Shown here in pieces: positions 40,858-51,400 of a stretch of 64,000 nucleotides of DNA. Source of the DNA: Candidatus Poribacteria bacterium (GTDB lineage Bacteria; Poribacteria; WGA-4E; JAJDTR01); the NCBI GenBank assembly GCA_965222225.1, contig CBDCTK010000002.1, positions 4,160,001 through 4,224,000 on the forward strand. The letters run 5' to 3'. Every line of letters begins with the position of its first letter. Position 1 is the stretch's first letter. A model generated the notes under the pieces. It did not search any database. It was not told the origin of the DNA and was given only the letters and a program-made list of their open reading frames with translations. The position numbers and the translations under genes were made by a program.

Positions 40858-41730
40858 GTGGGCACGCTAACACCACCGCCGCCACACGTAGGAAGTGTGT
40901 ACGATTGCGAACCAACACTTAACGACCAGCAAGTGTTGGAATTCTGCCGCAACGGTTACATGATACTTGAAGGCGTCGTTGAAGATGCAGTGAATCGGCG
41001 CATGATGGCTTTCGTTGAGGCGCATCCGGAACATCAGCCACTCCAAGTCCTAAGTGAAGATTGGTTCGTTGACGGTGTGATTAAGAATCAGCAGGCAGCG
41101 GGGGCTGTACGCTCATTATTGGGTCCGAACTTCAAACTTCCCCAGACATTGTGTAATCACCGTGCCGAGTGCCCTGCCCCAGCACAAGGTTGGCATCGAG
41201 ACGGCGGATCAATCTACACGCCGAGGCTCGATTATCTCCAAGTTTTCTACTACCCTCAGGATACACCGAAGGAGTCGGGACCGACCGACGTGATTCCGGG
41301 ATCACACTTTATGCGAAGCAAGGCGAACTACATGGGACACATTCGCAGCGTGAAGTTAGCCGAATCAACCGCCGCGCCAGCAGGCTCAATTTTTATAACG
41401 GTGTATTCTATCTGGCACCGCAAATCCAAAAGCACGACCACTGGTTTCCGCAACCTATTCAAATACAACTACTGGCGGACATCCCAATCTTGTCGTGATT
41501 GGATTGTCGATCCCGACTTTGATTTTTCTTGGCCCACATTCAATAATAATCCACATTTTGAGCAGTTTAAGTGCGGCATTGCGGCAGCCGAAATGTTCTG
41601 CTGGTTGTCCGGCGAAGTGTACGAACATACAGGCGGCCAGTGTTGGCCATGTGAAGCACCATTCAAACTACCCTTTGACCAAGAGGGATTGCCGCGCGGG
41701 CTGCGACGATATTCGGACTCGACGCACTAA
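40858..41730 (+). CDS. PhyH-like dioxygenase
   Basis: FCRNGY, WHRDG, VIPGSH, IWHR; GAGGA RBS before GTG at 40858. Confidence 0.87.
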   Translation: MGTLTPPPPHVGSVYDCEPTLNDQQVLEFCRNGYMILEGVVEDAVNRRMMAFVEAHPEHQPLQVLSEDWFVDGVIKNQQAAGAVRSLLGPNFKLPQTLCNHRAECPAPAQGWHRDGGSIYTPRLDYLQVFYYPQDTPKESGPTDVIPGSHFMRSKANYMGHIRSVKLAESTAAPAGSIFITVYSIWHRKSKSTTTGFRNLFKYNYWRTSQSCRDWIVDPDFDFSWPTFNNNPHFEQFKCGIAAAEMFCWLSGEVYEHTGGQCWPCEAPFKLPFDQEGLPRGLRRYSDSTH

Positions 41731-41812
41731 ACCCGCCGTGACCAAGTCGAGTATTTGGAGCAAGATACGGATCAAAAACTTAACTGCCCTGATAAAGCCG
41801 GAATTTTAAAAC

Positions 41813-42880
41813 ATGACCACGAGAAACTTAAGCCCACAGCAGATGTTCATCGATCTGGTTAAAGAACACCGACCTGAATGTCAATTTTCCGGAAAGGACC
41901 AAAGGGACTTCTTGGACTGGAAAAGGAGCACGCTACCCAAAGTTCTAGCGACCCTAGGTGAATCACCTCCAGCAGTTGATGCAAACCCTGAGATGATAGT
42001 TGAATGGGAGGACAAGGGATTAATCAAGCAACGTTGGATTATTGACGTTCAGAAACATCTTTCGGCGACGCTACTCGTTAACCTACCGGCAGATTTGAAG
42101 AAAACCGAAAAACGACCTGCGCTGCTGTGTTGCCATGGTCACGGCGCATATGGAAAAGAACCGGTGATGGGTAACGATTCCAGTCCCGACCTGCGTCAGG
42201 CAATCGCCAATAACAACTATAATTACGGTGAAGTCATGGCGCAGAAGGGGTTCGTTACCTATGCCATTGATTGGATTGGCTTTGGCGAGCGAAATGACAA
42301 AAACAAACCCAACCATAACTCGGTCGCCGGAGGGCGGGACTGGTGTAATCTTTACTATCTCCACGCAACCATGCTCGGAATGACGTCAATTTCAATCAAC
42401 GTGGCGCACGGCAAAGCGGCTACGGATGTCGTGATTTCCACGCAGCCTGTCGATGAAGAGCGGTTGGGCGTCATGGGGTTGAGCGGCGGCGGCACCATGT
42501 CACTGTGGATGGCGCTATGCGATGAACGAATCAAAGCTACGGAGATAATCTGCTACAGTGATCTCTGGGCTGCCTTCGGAATCCGCGATGTCAACTACTG
42601 CGGGATGCAGGTTGCGCCCAGCCTTTACAAGTATGTAGATCTCCCGGACCTACAAGGGTTGATTGCTCCCAGACCTTTACTAATCGACATCGGCGTGAAC
42701 GACACATGCTTCAAAATTGATACGGCAATAAAATGCTACCAGCAGTTGTCCAAGATTTACGAGGCGGCAGAGGCGGGCGATCAACTTGAACTAGATTTGC
42801 ATCCCGGTGAACACGGCTGGGGCGGGAATAAATCTGAAGCATTCTTTAGGAAACACGTAGGAGATGCGCCGTCCGAATAA
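41813..42880 (+). CDS. Alpha/beta hydrolase (dienelactone hydrolase/acetylxylan esterase-like)
   Basis: CHGHG, GLSGGG nucleophile elbow, IAPRPLL, GEH. Confidence 0.88.
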   Translation: MTTRNLSPQQMFIDLVKEHRPECQFSGKDQRDFLDWKRSTLPKVLATLGESPPAVDANPEMIVEWEDKGLIKQRWIIDVQKHLSATLLVNLPADLKKTEKRPALLCCHGHGAYGKEPVMGNDSSPDLRQAIANNNYNYGEVMAQKGFVTYAIDWIGFGERNDKNKPNHNSVAGGRDWCNLYYLHATMLGMTSISINVAHGKAATDVVISTQPVDEERLGVMGLSGGGTMSLWMALCDERIKATEIICYSDLWAAFGIRDVNYCGMQVAPSLYKYVDLPDLQGLIAPRPLLIDIGVNDTCFKIDTAIKCYQQLSKIYEAAEAGDQLELDLHPGEHGWGGNKSEAFFRKHVGDAPSE

Positions 42881-43013
42881 ATTCCAATGTCGCGCTTAAA
42901 TGCAAAGCAGCAGATATTAAACAACATAGCCTTATCGAAACTCTCAAGTCAACATAATTTACCGATTTCAGAATTGCAAAAAACTCAAATTTATTACGTA
43001 TGGAGGATTCAAC

Positions 43014-43847
43014 ATGTCTGTTTCATCAACCGGTATTCAGACGAAAAAGGTTGTCACTGACGAGGAAGTTCAGTTCTTTAATGAGAACGGCTATCTGATA
43101 CTTAGGAATGTTTTGAGTTCGGAAGAACAGAAGCGCCTTCGGGATGCATCGCATGCGCTGATGATAAACGGTAACCCGGAACAACCCGCCCCGGATTACG
43201 GGTATCAACCCGGAAGGCGAACGGGAAAGAGCACTCTAAAGCGGATTGACTATGTGGTGGACAAAGACGCCACGTATCGGGTACTGCTGGCACACCCCTA
43301 TATCCTGCGGACTGTAGAGAAACTCACCGGACCGGACCTAATTCCCACGTGGGATGCCATGATTTACAAAATGCCGCATGAGGGCATCAGCGCTCCTTGG
43401 CACCGTGACGCCGCAGTTGACTGCGCCACTGACATTCCGATTTTCAACGTGGATTTCTATCTGGATGAGGCAGATCATGACACGTGCGTGTGGGCAATTC
43501 CGGGCAGCCATCGATGGAGTCAAGAACAGGCGATGAAATACTTCAGAACCGAAGAGTTTAATTTGCCCGAATCACAGCCTATTTACATGCAGCCCGGTGA
43601 TGTACTGTTTCATGAAATTCGACTTCTGCACGGCTCGCCTGTTAATACTTCGCCACGGCTGAGACGAGTCATATACTATGAATTTAGAACCGCTGGAGTT
43701 GAAACTGCACACGGACCGCATGTGCCGGAATATATCCCTCTGAAACAGGATGTTCTTCGGGCATGTATCGAACTGAGGAAGCAAGCCAACTATATACCCG
43801 ACGATGAAGAAGCCTTTGTATATTCCCCTCCTGCCCCGTTTGATTAG
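43014..43847 (+). CDS. PhyH-like dioxygenase
   Basis: FNENGYL, WHRD, IPGSH, PGDVLFH..LLHGS..N...RR. Confidence 0.9.
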   Translation: MSVSSTGIQTKKVVTDEEVQFFNENGYLILRNVLSSEEQKRLRDASHALMINGNPEQPAPDYGYQPGRRTGKSTLKRIDYVVDKDATYRVLLAHPYILRTVEKLTGPDLIPTWDAMIYKMPHEGISAPWHRDAAVDCATDIPIFNVDFYLDEADHDTCVWAIPGSHRWSQEQAMKYFRTEEFNLPESQPIYMQPGDVLFHEIRLLHGSPVNTSPRLRRVIYYEFRTAGVETAHGPHVPEYIPLKQDVLRACIELRKQANYIPDDEEAFVYSPPAPFD

Positions 43848-43931
43848 TTTGACGACCTCCCTGCTGAAGGGTTAGAAACTTACCGATATGTCCATAAGAA
43901 TTATTGGAGAGAATAATGCCTCGGAATTGAG

Positions 43932-45119
43932 GTGAATCGAAGCGTGTCATCCCCCATCTTTGGGGCCCAATTGTCCCAATACTTCAGCTCGGAAGATATT
44001 AATCTTGAACAATTCCAAACCATCTGCGACCAAAACGCAGATTTGGAATTGTACCGATTTGCTGACGGCATCGAACAGAACATTGTCATCTATCAGGGTG
44101 ACAAACTGAGAGAGGGAATGGCTGATGCCGGCGCAGACTCTGAACTCAAGGCGGAATTGGGAAGTTGCCTGAGAGACGGGCCGGGAATATTTGTTATTCG
44201 CGGCGCATATTCCGATACAACTGTCATTGATTGTATGACAGCCGTTTTCATGCAGATTATTGCAGATGAGAAATCATCGCTTGTAGGAGTAGGCGATCAT
44301 TTTGGCGACAACGAACGAATTTGGAACTCTTTTCAAAAGGCTTGTCTCGCCGCTCCCGAATTGTTCATTGAATACTACGGCAATCCGTTGCTCTCTCTCG
44401 CTGTTCATGCCTGGTTAGGTCCTTGCTACCAAATCACCGCTCAGGTGAATAATGTGAAACCGGGTGGAAAAGCGCAATCGCCCCATCGTGACTACCATCT
44501 AGGCTTTCAATCCGTCAAGACTGCGGCGGAATTCCCCGTTCATGCGCACCTCATGTCGCAATTCCTGACGCTGCAGGGAAGTATCGCCCACACTGACATG
44601 CCGACTGAATCGGGGCCAACACTGTTCCTTCCGTTCTCGCATCAATACCCGGCCGGGTATCTAGCCTTCCATGAGGAAGATTTTTCTGCCTTTTTTGATG
44701 AGAACAAATCGCAAGTCCCACTCAACAAAGGAGATGTCGTCTTCCTTAGCCCTGCGTTATTTCATGCGGCTGGCACGAACTTTTCCGATAAAGATCGGAT
44801 TGCCAATTTGGTTCAAATATCATCCGCGTTTGGGCGCCCGATGGAATCCGTCAATCGACAGGCTATGATAGAGAAGATATATCCTATCCTCCTAGACAAG
44901 ACTAAACAGGACGCCATCCCGTCTCGCACCGTACGAGACATCATCGCGGCGGTAGCAGACGGCTATTCGTTTCCGACCAACTTGGACTCGGATCCGCCCG
45001 TCGGTGGTAATGTCCCTTTCACAGCGCAACAGATGATGCACCAAGCGCTGCAAGAGCATTGGCCGCTGCAACGGCTAAAAAACGAACTAAGTCTGTATGC
45101 TCAAAAGCGCAAGGCGTGA
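43932..45119 (+). CDS. PhyH-like dioxygenase (long form)
   Basis: PHRDYH, ESGPT..LPFSH, LFHAAG.N....R. Confidence 0.88.
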   Translation: MNRSVSSPIFGAQLSQYFSSEDINLEQFQTICDQNADLELYRFADGIEQNIVIYQGDKLREGMADAGADSELKAELGSCLRDGPGIFVIRGAYSDTTVIDCMTAVFMQIIADEKSSLVGVGDHFGDNERIWNSFQKACLAAPELFIEYYGNPLLSLAVHAWLGPCYQITAQVNNVKPGGKAQSPHRDYHLGFQSVKTAAEFPVHAHLMSQFLTLQGSIAHTDMPTESGPTLFLPFSHQYPAGYLAFHEEDFSAFFDENKSQVPLNKGDVVFLSPALFHAAGTNFSDKDRIANLVQISSAFGRPMESVNRQAMIEKIYPILLDKTKQDAIPSRTVRDIIAAVADGYSFPTNLDSDPPVGGNVPFTAQQMMHQALQEHWPLQRLKNELSLYAQKRKA

Positions 45120-45211
45120 AGCCTTGTACCGGCGATTGCATAGGCATATTCCAACCAATTCATTACAATGCACTCTGACGAATATCTGTGAGAGTCTTTC
45201 TACTCCTCAGA

Positions 45212-46318
45212 CTACGCGCGAGTTTGCAATCGACGGATTCGGGCAGGCACGGAGTCACCACCAATCTCTAGCGATAGGATGCGCAAACTCCGATCCGAAA
45301 GCGGGAGACTAACTTTCACGCCGCCGTGGCGATGCGACTCCCGCATTGCAATCGCGATTTCTAACGCCTGTCGCGCGTCCTCACCGGAGCACTTAGGCGG
45401 TTCGCCGGTTTCAATAGCGTTAATGAGATCGGCAACGATTGTCAGCCCCATACCCTGTATCCGTACCGGCATAGGGAAAGGAACTTTCGCCGGTATATTT
45501 GCACCACTATAAGCACTGGGTGCCATCTGAATCAGCTCGAACTCCTCCGAGTTGTTCAGAGACCGAACACGTCCGGTCGTTCCGATGACATCAACTTCCC
45601 AAGATGCCGTGCCGCACGGCGTGCCACGGAAATAAGCACGAACATCGTTGTCAAAAGCCATATATCCGTTTCCTTTCAAATCGTTATCGCTCGCGGCAGC
45701 TTCGTCCGACTCCATCTCCCCAAAAACCCACTGGACATCGCCGCCTGCCATATAGCGCAAGATATCAATAGCGTGGCTTCCGTTGTGAGAGAGACCGCAT
45801 TCCGTGTAGACGGTCACCTGCACAATGTCGCCGAGCCGACCCTCGTCAATCAAGCGTCGAGCTTCGCTGAAGAATGGGTTCCAGCGGCGCGCACAGTTCA
45901 CCGCTAGCGCTGCCCCATGTTCTCTGCAGACATCTATCATGTCGTCCGCTTCCTTCAAACTCAACGAGATGGGCTTTTCCGCCCAGATAGCCTTTACTCC
46001 GGCACGGGCAACATCCTGCACAATGATTGGGCGGAGCCGCGCGGTTGTACACACGCTGACAATGTCCAACCGTTCTTCAGCTAACATCTCTCTGTAGTCA
46101 CTATACAGATGGTCGGAGGCAAGTCCCCAACGCTCGCCGAAGATGGCGGCTTGTTCGTCATGTATATCTGTGCCAGCCACTAGCTCGACATTCGGAGCGG
46201 CGTGGTAACTCGGGGCATGGCAATAGGGAAGGAACAAACTGCCGCCACGGGTCATTTCATCATCAAAAGTGCTACCCATGCGACCTAGACCAATTACTCC
46301 AGAACGATAGGTTTTCAT
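45212..46318 (-). CDS. Gfo/Idh/MocA oxidoreductase
   Basis: IGLGRMG, AEKP, H.ID motifs. Confidence 0.9.
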   Translation of the reverse strand: MKTYRSGVIGLGRMGSTFDDEMTRGGSLFLPYCHAPSYHAAPNVELVAGTDIHDEQAAIFGERWGLASDHLYSDYREMLAEERLDIVSVCTTARLRPIIVQDVARAGVKAIWAEKPISLSLKEADDMIDVCREHGAALAVNCARRWNPFFSEARRLIDEGRLGDIVQVTVYTECGLSHNGSHAIDILRYMAGGDVQWVFGEMESDEAAASDNDLKGNGYMAFDNDVRAYFRGTPCGTASWEVDVIGTTGRVRSLNNSEEFELIQMAPSAYSGANIPAKVPFPMPVRIQGMGLTIVADLINAIETGEPPKCSGEDARQALEIAIAMRESHRHGGVKVSLPLSDRSLRILSLEIGGDSVPARIRRLQTRA

Positions 46319-46527
46319 AGCTTTTCTCCAATAGGAATGTTTTCACGCTCCACAAGAATCAAGTTCCGATTTCAGCTCCAATGTTGAGTGTAATATTGCA
46401 GTATCTAGTATTACGGTTGTTTGAACGCATAAACGATGAAACGAATTTTCCGACCTAGATTTGAAACTGGCAAAACATTTCATCATATTATCATGAACTG
46501 TACCATACCACAACGTCATTTCTGGGC

Positions 46528-46556
46528 TTGACTTATCTTATGCCTGTTGCTAAACT
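46528..46556 (+). promoter_or_regulatory. Sigma70-like promoter for the 46650-50919 run
   Basis: TTGACT-17nt-TAAACT with TG extension. Confidence 0.5.
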
Positions 46557-46649
46557 GATTCTGTATGGTTATATCGATTGCTCACCATAGGCGTATTGGT
46601 TACTTAAGAGAAGACAATCCTCCGCACTGTTTTATTACAAGGTTGATAC

Positions 46650-47387
46650 ATGCTAACAGACACAGAGAAAGCTCAGTTGGATAAACAGGGATTTACGCGT
46701 CTGCGGGACGTGATTTCAACTGATGAGGTCAATGAACTTCGTCGGTTGTCGGTGACGCTTGCTGCGGATGAAAGGGCGTCAGGACGCGGGGCGATGTATC
46801 TGGACGATCGCGCTCAACGGGTTTGGAACTTGGTCAACAAAGGTGCACCGTTTGAACGGGCAATTCAGCATCCGCGTATTTTGGCTGCGATGGAATATCT
46901 GCTAGGCGAGGACTGTACGCTAAGCTCGTTTACGGTGAACATTATTAACCCCGGAGCTAATGACGGAGGACTACATATTGACTATCCCCTCCGTTTGATG
47001 CCCGACCCGCGTCCCAGTTTCCCTCTTGTTGCCAACAGCGTCTGGTTACTTGATGATTTCACACTAGAGAATGGAGCCACGCGGTGCGTACCTGGCAGCC
47101 ATCTTCGGCTCGAAGGCGGACCGGAACCCGGGGTCAAATTCGATGATGAAGTGCAGGTCTGCGGTCCAAAAGGATCGGTACTGATTGTCAACGGCGCGCT
47201 TTGGCACGCTTCGTCGGCAAATCACACAGATGGAGATCGCGTCGGTTTGCTCGGTTTCTTTTGTCGCTCGTTTATGAAACCGCAGCAGGACCACCTCAAA
47301 CTGGCTTCGGACGAAGTGATTTCCCGCGCAACTCCCACACTCAGACGGCTGCTTGGCTTTGATTCGATGTCGGGCGCGACGGCATAA
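46650..47387 (+). CDS. PhyH-like dioxygenase
   Basis: LHID, WLLDDFTLENGATRCVPGSH, LWH...N....R. Confidence 0.9.
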   Translation: MLTDTEKAQLDKQGFTRLRDVISTDEVNELRRLSVTLAADERASGRGAMYLDDRAQRVWNLVNKGAPFERAIQHPRILAAMEYLLGEDCTLSSFTVNIINPGANDGGLHIDYPLRLMPDPRPSFPLVANSVWLLDDFTLENGATRCVPGSHLRLEGGPEPGVKFDDEVQVCGPKGSVLIVNGALWHASSANHTDGDRVGLLGFFCRSFMKPQQDHLKLASDEVISRATPTLRRLLGFDSMSGATA

Positions 47388-47507
47388 TCTGTCCTACCTT
47401 TTCCCTACGACAATCCTGAGCATAGACCGAGACTTTTGCCTTGATGGGTTTGAATGCATCTGTTAGAATTTAATTCAATACTATTTTACAGAAGGAAGGA
47501 GCACAAT

Positions 47508-48569
47508 ATGTTAGTCGATTGTCTGCGTCAATCCAACCGTTGCTATGTCATGTTTGCTCTCATAATGAGTCTCACGATTGCAGGGATGTTGACGGCGAAT
47601 GCGGCAGAATCCTTGCCGAGCGGGGATGCGAGCATCTTATCCCCTGACGCCAAGCTGGAAAAGTTATTCGAGGGAGCACATTTCACGGAAGGGCCCGCGG
47701 TTTCGTTTGACGGTACGGTCTACTTTAGCGATATCACCTTTACCTATGAGTCGAGTATGCAGGCAGGACATATTTGGAAGTACAATCCCAATACCGGTGA
47801 AACTACCGTTTACCGCTCACCTAGCGGAATGTCCAACGGCATCAAATTTGATGCTCAAGGTCGGATGATTGTCGCCGAAGGCGCCGACTTTGGCGGACGT
47901 CGAGTTACCCGGACAGATATGGCGACAGGAAAGAGTGAAATCATCGCGGGACTGTACGAAGGGCAGCCGTTTAATGCGCCCAACGACATCACGATTGATG
48001 AGCAGGGACGCATCTACTTCAGCGACCCGCGCTATCTCGGACATGAACCGGTGAATCAACCCGTGATGGGTGTATATCGAATCGACCCGGATGGCTCAAT
48101 TCACCGTATAATCACGGATGCGGGAAAACCAAACGGAGTGGCTGTGTCGCCGGATCAGAGGGCACTTTTCGTTGTCAGTAACGACAACGGCGCGACCGGT
48201 TTAGATCGTCTTCCCACAGGTGCGCCGACCCATAAGGGACGGATGGCACTATTGGCGTATGACTTGGCGGAAGACGGAACCGCAGCATTTCGGGAAGTAT
48301 TGGTTGATTACTACCCACAGGATGGACCAGACGGCTTGGTGGTTGATGTTGACGGAAATCTTTACGTCGCTGTGCGTGATGTTACCCGGCCAGGCATAAA
48401 TGTCTACTCGCCATCAGGAAAAGAATTGGCGCATATTCCAACAGGTGTGCTACCAACGAATGTGGCATTTGGCAGAGGCGACAAAAGTAAAACTTTGTAC
48501 GTCACGGCAGGGAATGCTCTTTACCGGATTAACGTTATGAAAGACGGCTATCATTTACCATCGCAGTAG
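47508..48569 (+). CDS. Secreted SMP-30/gluconolactonase
   Basis: Signal peptide; FTEGP, NAPND, YFSDP, PNG, PDG. Confidence 0.9.
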   Translation: MLVDCLRQSNRCYVMFALIMSLTIAGMLTANAAESLPSGDASILSPDAKLEKLFEGAHFTEGPAVSFDGTVYFSDITFTYESSMQAGHIWKYNPNTGETTVYRSPSGMSNGIKFDAQGRMIVAEGADFGGRRVTRTDMATGKSEIIAGLYEGQPFNAPNDITIDEQGRIYFSDPRYLGHEPVNQPVMGVYRIDPDGSIHRIITDAGKPNGVAVSPDQRALFVVSNDNGATGLDRLPTGAPTHKGRMALLAYDLAEDGTAAFREVLVDYYPQDGPDGLVVDVDGNLYVAVRDVTRPGINVYSPSGKELAHIPTGVLPTNVAFGRGDKSKTLYVTAGNALYRINVMKDGYHLPSQ

Positions 48570-48639
48570 ATGCTTTGTTCCCGAATCTTTTGCGATGCAT
48601 CCCGAATTGCTACGATAACCATGGAGGTGGAATGTACTT

Positions 48640-49671
48640 ATGCCGATTTTTGGCGCAGCGGAGTTAAAACAGACCGTGCACGATGTGTTCTCGCTATTGG
48701 GAGCCACGGGGGACGAAGTGCGGCGACTTCAAGATCATTTGGTCGATAGTAACTTGGCCGGTCACGATTCGCACGGGGTGCGGGTTATACCCAACTATGT
48801 GGACATGATTCGGCGAGGTGATATCGTGCTAGGCGCCGACTTGGGGGTTGTTACGGAAAGTCCCATCCATGCGGTGCTTGATGGTAATTGGGGGGTAGGT
48901 CAACTGATGGGCTGGCGGGCGGCGCAGTTGGTCATCAATAAGGCGAAGCAGAGCGCACTTGCCGCGGTAAGCCTGCGAAATTGCAGCCACCTCGGTCGTC
49001 TCGGCGAATATAGCCAGATGATTGCAGATCAGGGACTAGTCGGATTCGTAACCGTGAACGGGCATGGCGGTGCACAGGGCGTGGCGCCTTGGGGCGGCCT
49101 GGAGCGGCGGCTTTCGGTGAATCCGATGTCCTACGCGGTACCGGCTTCCGATGGAGTCGTTATGATTGACATTTCACCGACGGTTGTCGCAGCCGGAAAA
49201 GTAGCGGTCAAAGCCCTGCGAGGCGAGCCCGTCCCCGAGGGATGGATTGTGGACAGCGAAGGACGATCGACGACGGATCCCAATGCGCTTGAAGGGCCTC
49301 CGCCCGGCAGTCTGATTCCTGTGGGCGGACATAAAGGATTTGCACTTGGTCTTATTGTGGACATACTTTCAGGCGCGCTAAGCGGCGGCGGGTGTAGCCG
49401 TCCGGATACAGATCGTTGGGGCAATGCCACATTCATATTGGCAATCAATCCGGGGGTGTTTGTCGGACAACAGGAATTTGAAACCGAGGTAAAGGACTTC
49501 CTGAATTACGTCAAGTCTAGCCGGGTGGCGCCCGGATTTACAGAGATTCTCATACCCGGGGAGCCTGAGAATCGTGAAAGAGAACGAAGAATGAACGAGG
49601 GCATCTTTGTAGAGCACAAAACATGGGACAAAATTACCGAAATCCTTGATGAACTCAAGGCCAATGCCTAG
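48640..49671 (+). CDS. Ldh_2 (malate/L-lactate/L-sulfolactate-type) oxidoreductase
   Basis: GHDSHG, H.GRLG.Y, NP.S, GGHKG..L, IPGE. Confidence 0.9.
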   Translation: MPIFGAAELKQTVHDVFSLLGATGDEVRRLQDHLVDSNLAGHDSHGVRVIPNYVDMIRRGDIVLGADLGVVTESPIHAVLDGNWGVGQLMGWRAAQLVINKAKQSALAAVSLRNCSHLGRLGEYSQMIADQGLVGFVTVNGHGGAQGVAPWGGLERRLSVNPMSYAVPASDGVVMIDISPTVVAAGKVAVKALRGEPVPEGWIVDSEGRSTTDPNALEGPPPGSLIPVGGHKGFALGLIVDILSGALSGGGCSRPDTDRWGNATFILAINPGVFVGQQEFETEVKDFLNYVKSSRVAPGFTEILIPGEPENRERERRMNEGIFVEHKTWDKITEILDELKANA

Positions 49672-49806
49672 TCCAATAGAGAGCAAACCTACTGTCCTAA
49701 AACCTTCAACAGCCAATCTGATGTGTGCATAAGCGACTGGGAAAACGACGAGACTTCCTTAAAGGATTTCCGCGGTTGAATCGAACCCGTCCAAGGAGTT
49801 CCCCAG

Positions 49807-50919
49807 ATGAAAATCACCAAAGTTGAAGTGCGTGCCGTGGCGCCACCGGTTGACCGTTTTACATGGTCGGACGATCTGCCGGATCAATACTCGACGAACA
49901 CCGTCGTCAGAATCTACACGGACGAGGGCGTAGAGGGAGTCGCCGGCGTCTGGAATGCGACATCATACGATTTCGAGCGCTACACCGCTGAATCAATACG
50001 TCATCTGGCGCCGATATTGGTGGGCAAGGATCCGCTCCTGCGCGAATTTATCTGGCATGAAATCCGGCCGCGGGTGTTTCCTCTTCCGCCTCAGTCGCTC
50101 GCCGCCATCGATATCGCACTGTGGGATCTCGCAGGAAAAGTGGCAGGCATGCCCCTGTACCGTCTGCTGGGAAGCGCGAGAAAATCCATCCTCGCTTATG
50201 CAAGCACCCCACTCTTTGAAGATGTGGCATCCTATCTGAAAAATGCAGAAGCGCTCATCGCCCAAGGTTTCAAAGCAATCAAGTTTCATACGTGGTGTAT
50301 CCCCGAACTCGATCTTGAACTCGCTCGCGCCGTTCGCAAACAGTACCCCGACAACAATGTCGCCTTTATGCTTGACGCCGAGAACAATTACGACCGTGAC
50401 GGGGCGCTGCGGGTAGCCCAAGAGCTAGAAGCGATGGGTTTCACGTGGTTTGAAGCGCCCCTGCATGACTCGGATCTTGACGGATATAGAGAGTTGACCA
50501 GCCGGGTGAAGATTCCCATTATTCCGTCCGGGAATTGGTTTCAGGATTTACATACTTTTAGTGAAGCCATCCGTTCAAAAGCTTGGGGACGGGCGCGTAC
50601 GGACGCCGCGATGATGGGCGGAATAACACAGACGAACAAAGCGATTTCCCTCACCGAAGCCGCCGGAATGAAGTGCGAAATCATGTCGTGGGGTTACAGC
50701 CTTGTCTCGGCAGCCAACCTGCACCTCATGTTGGCACACGACAACTGTACCTACTTTGAGCAGTCAGTGCCCTTTGAGCCGTATGAGTACGGCATGAAGG
50801 ACGTGATTCGCACGCAAGCCGACGGTTACGCTTATGCCCCCACTGGCCCAGGTCTTGGTTTGGAAGTAGATTGGGATGCCATGGAGGCAGCCACGATTCT
50901 TTCCTTCGTTTCGGAGTAA
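49807..50919 (+). CDS. Mandelate racemase/muconate lactonizing enzyme family
   Basis: IDIALWDLAGK..P.Y.LLG, K.K, LDA, WFEAP, PGLG. Confidence 0.9.
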   Translation: MKITKVEVRAVAPPVDRFTWSDDLPDQYSTNTVVRIYTDEGVEGVAGVWNATSYDFERYTAESIRHLAPILVGKDPLLREFIWHEIRPRVFPLPPQSLAAIDIALWDLAGKVAGMPLYRLLGSARKSILAYASTPLFEDVASYLKNAEALIAQGFKAIKFHTWCIPELDLELARAVRKQYPDNNVAFMLDAENNYDRDGALRVAQELEAMGFTWFEAPLHDSDLDGYRELTSRVKIPIIPSGNWFQDLHTFSEAIRSKAWGRARTDAAMMGGITQTNKAISLTEAAGMKCEIMSWGYSLVSAANLHLMLAHDNCTYFEQSVPFEPYEYGMKDVIRTQADGYAYAPTGPGLGLEVDWDAMEAATILSFVSE

Positions 50920-51400
50920 GGCTCACGTACGGAGGCCCACCTCATCGGCAAAGTCCCGTATCAGTAGCATTAGACGCTGGGTTCGTGTCTCGTCATTGCG
51001 ACTAAGAACCTCACGTATGAGACCAAATTTGTCCGGTTTGCGCTAGCGATACTTAGTGTGCGTATTCTATAGAGCGATCTTCTAATCGCGAGGACCTTTC
51101 GCCGACAGAGTTTGCGCTTATAGTTGGTTCGTCGTAACGAGCTTCAATAATTCAGGCGCCCGGCTCCATTCCCATGCTTTGGCTGCCAACCACTCGTTTA
51201 GTTGCCTTTAGACCGCAATATGGCCAGATGTGAATCTAGGTGGCCACTGCGCAATCAGCGCGCGGAGATTTCCTGCCGCATTGCTCCCTCCTTTTTCAGT
51301 ATCAATCCCACTGAACAACTAAATAATTTTGCTTGGTAGGTGAGATTAGGCCGATAATATGCGTCTAACATCCAAACAGCTATGGCTGAGGTAGAGATCC

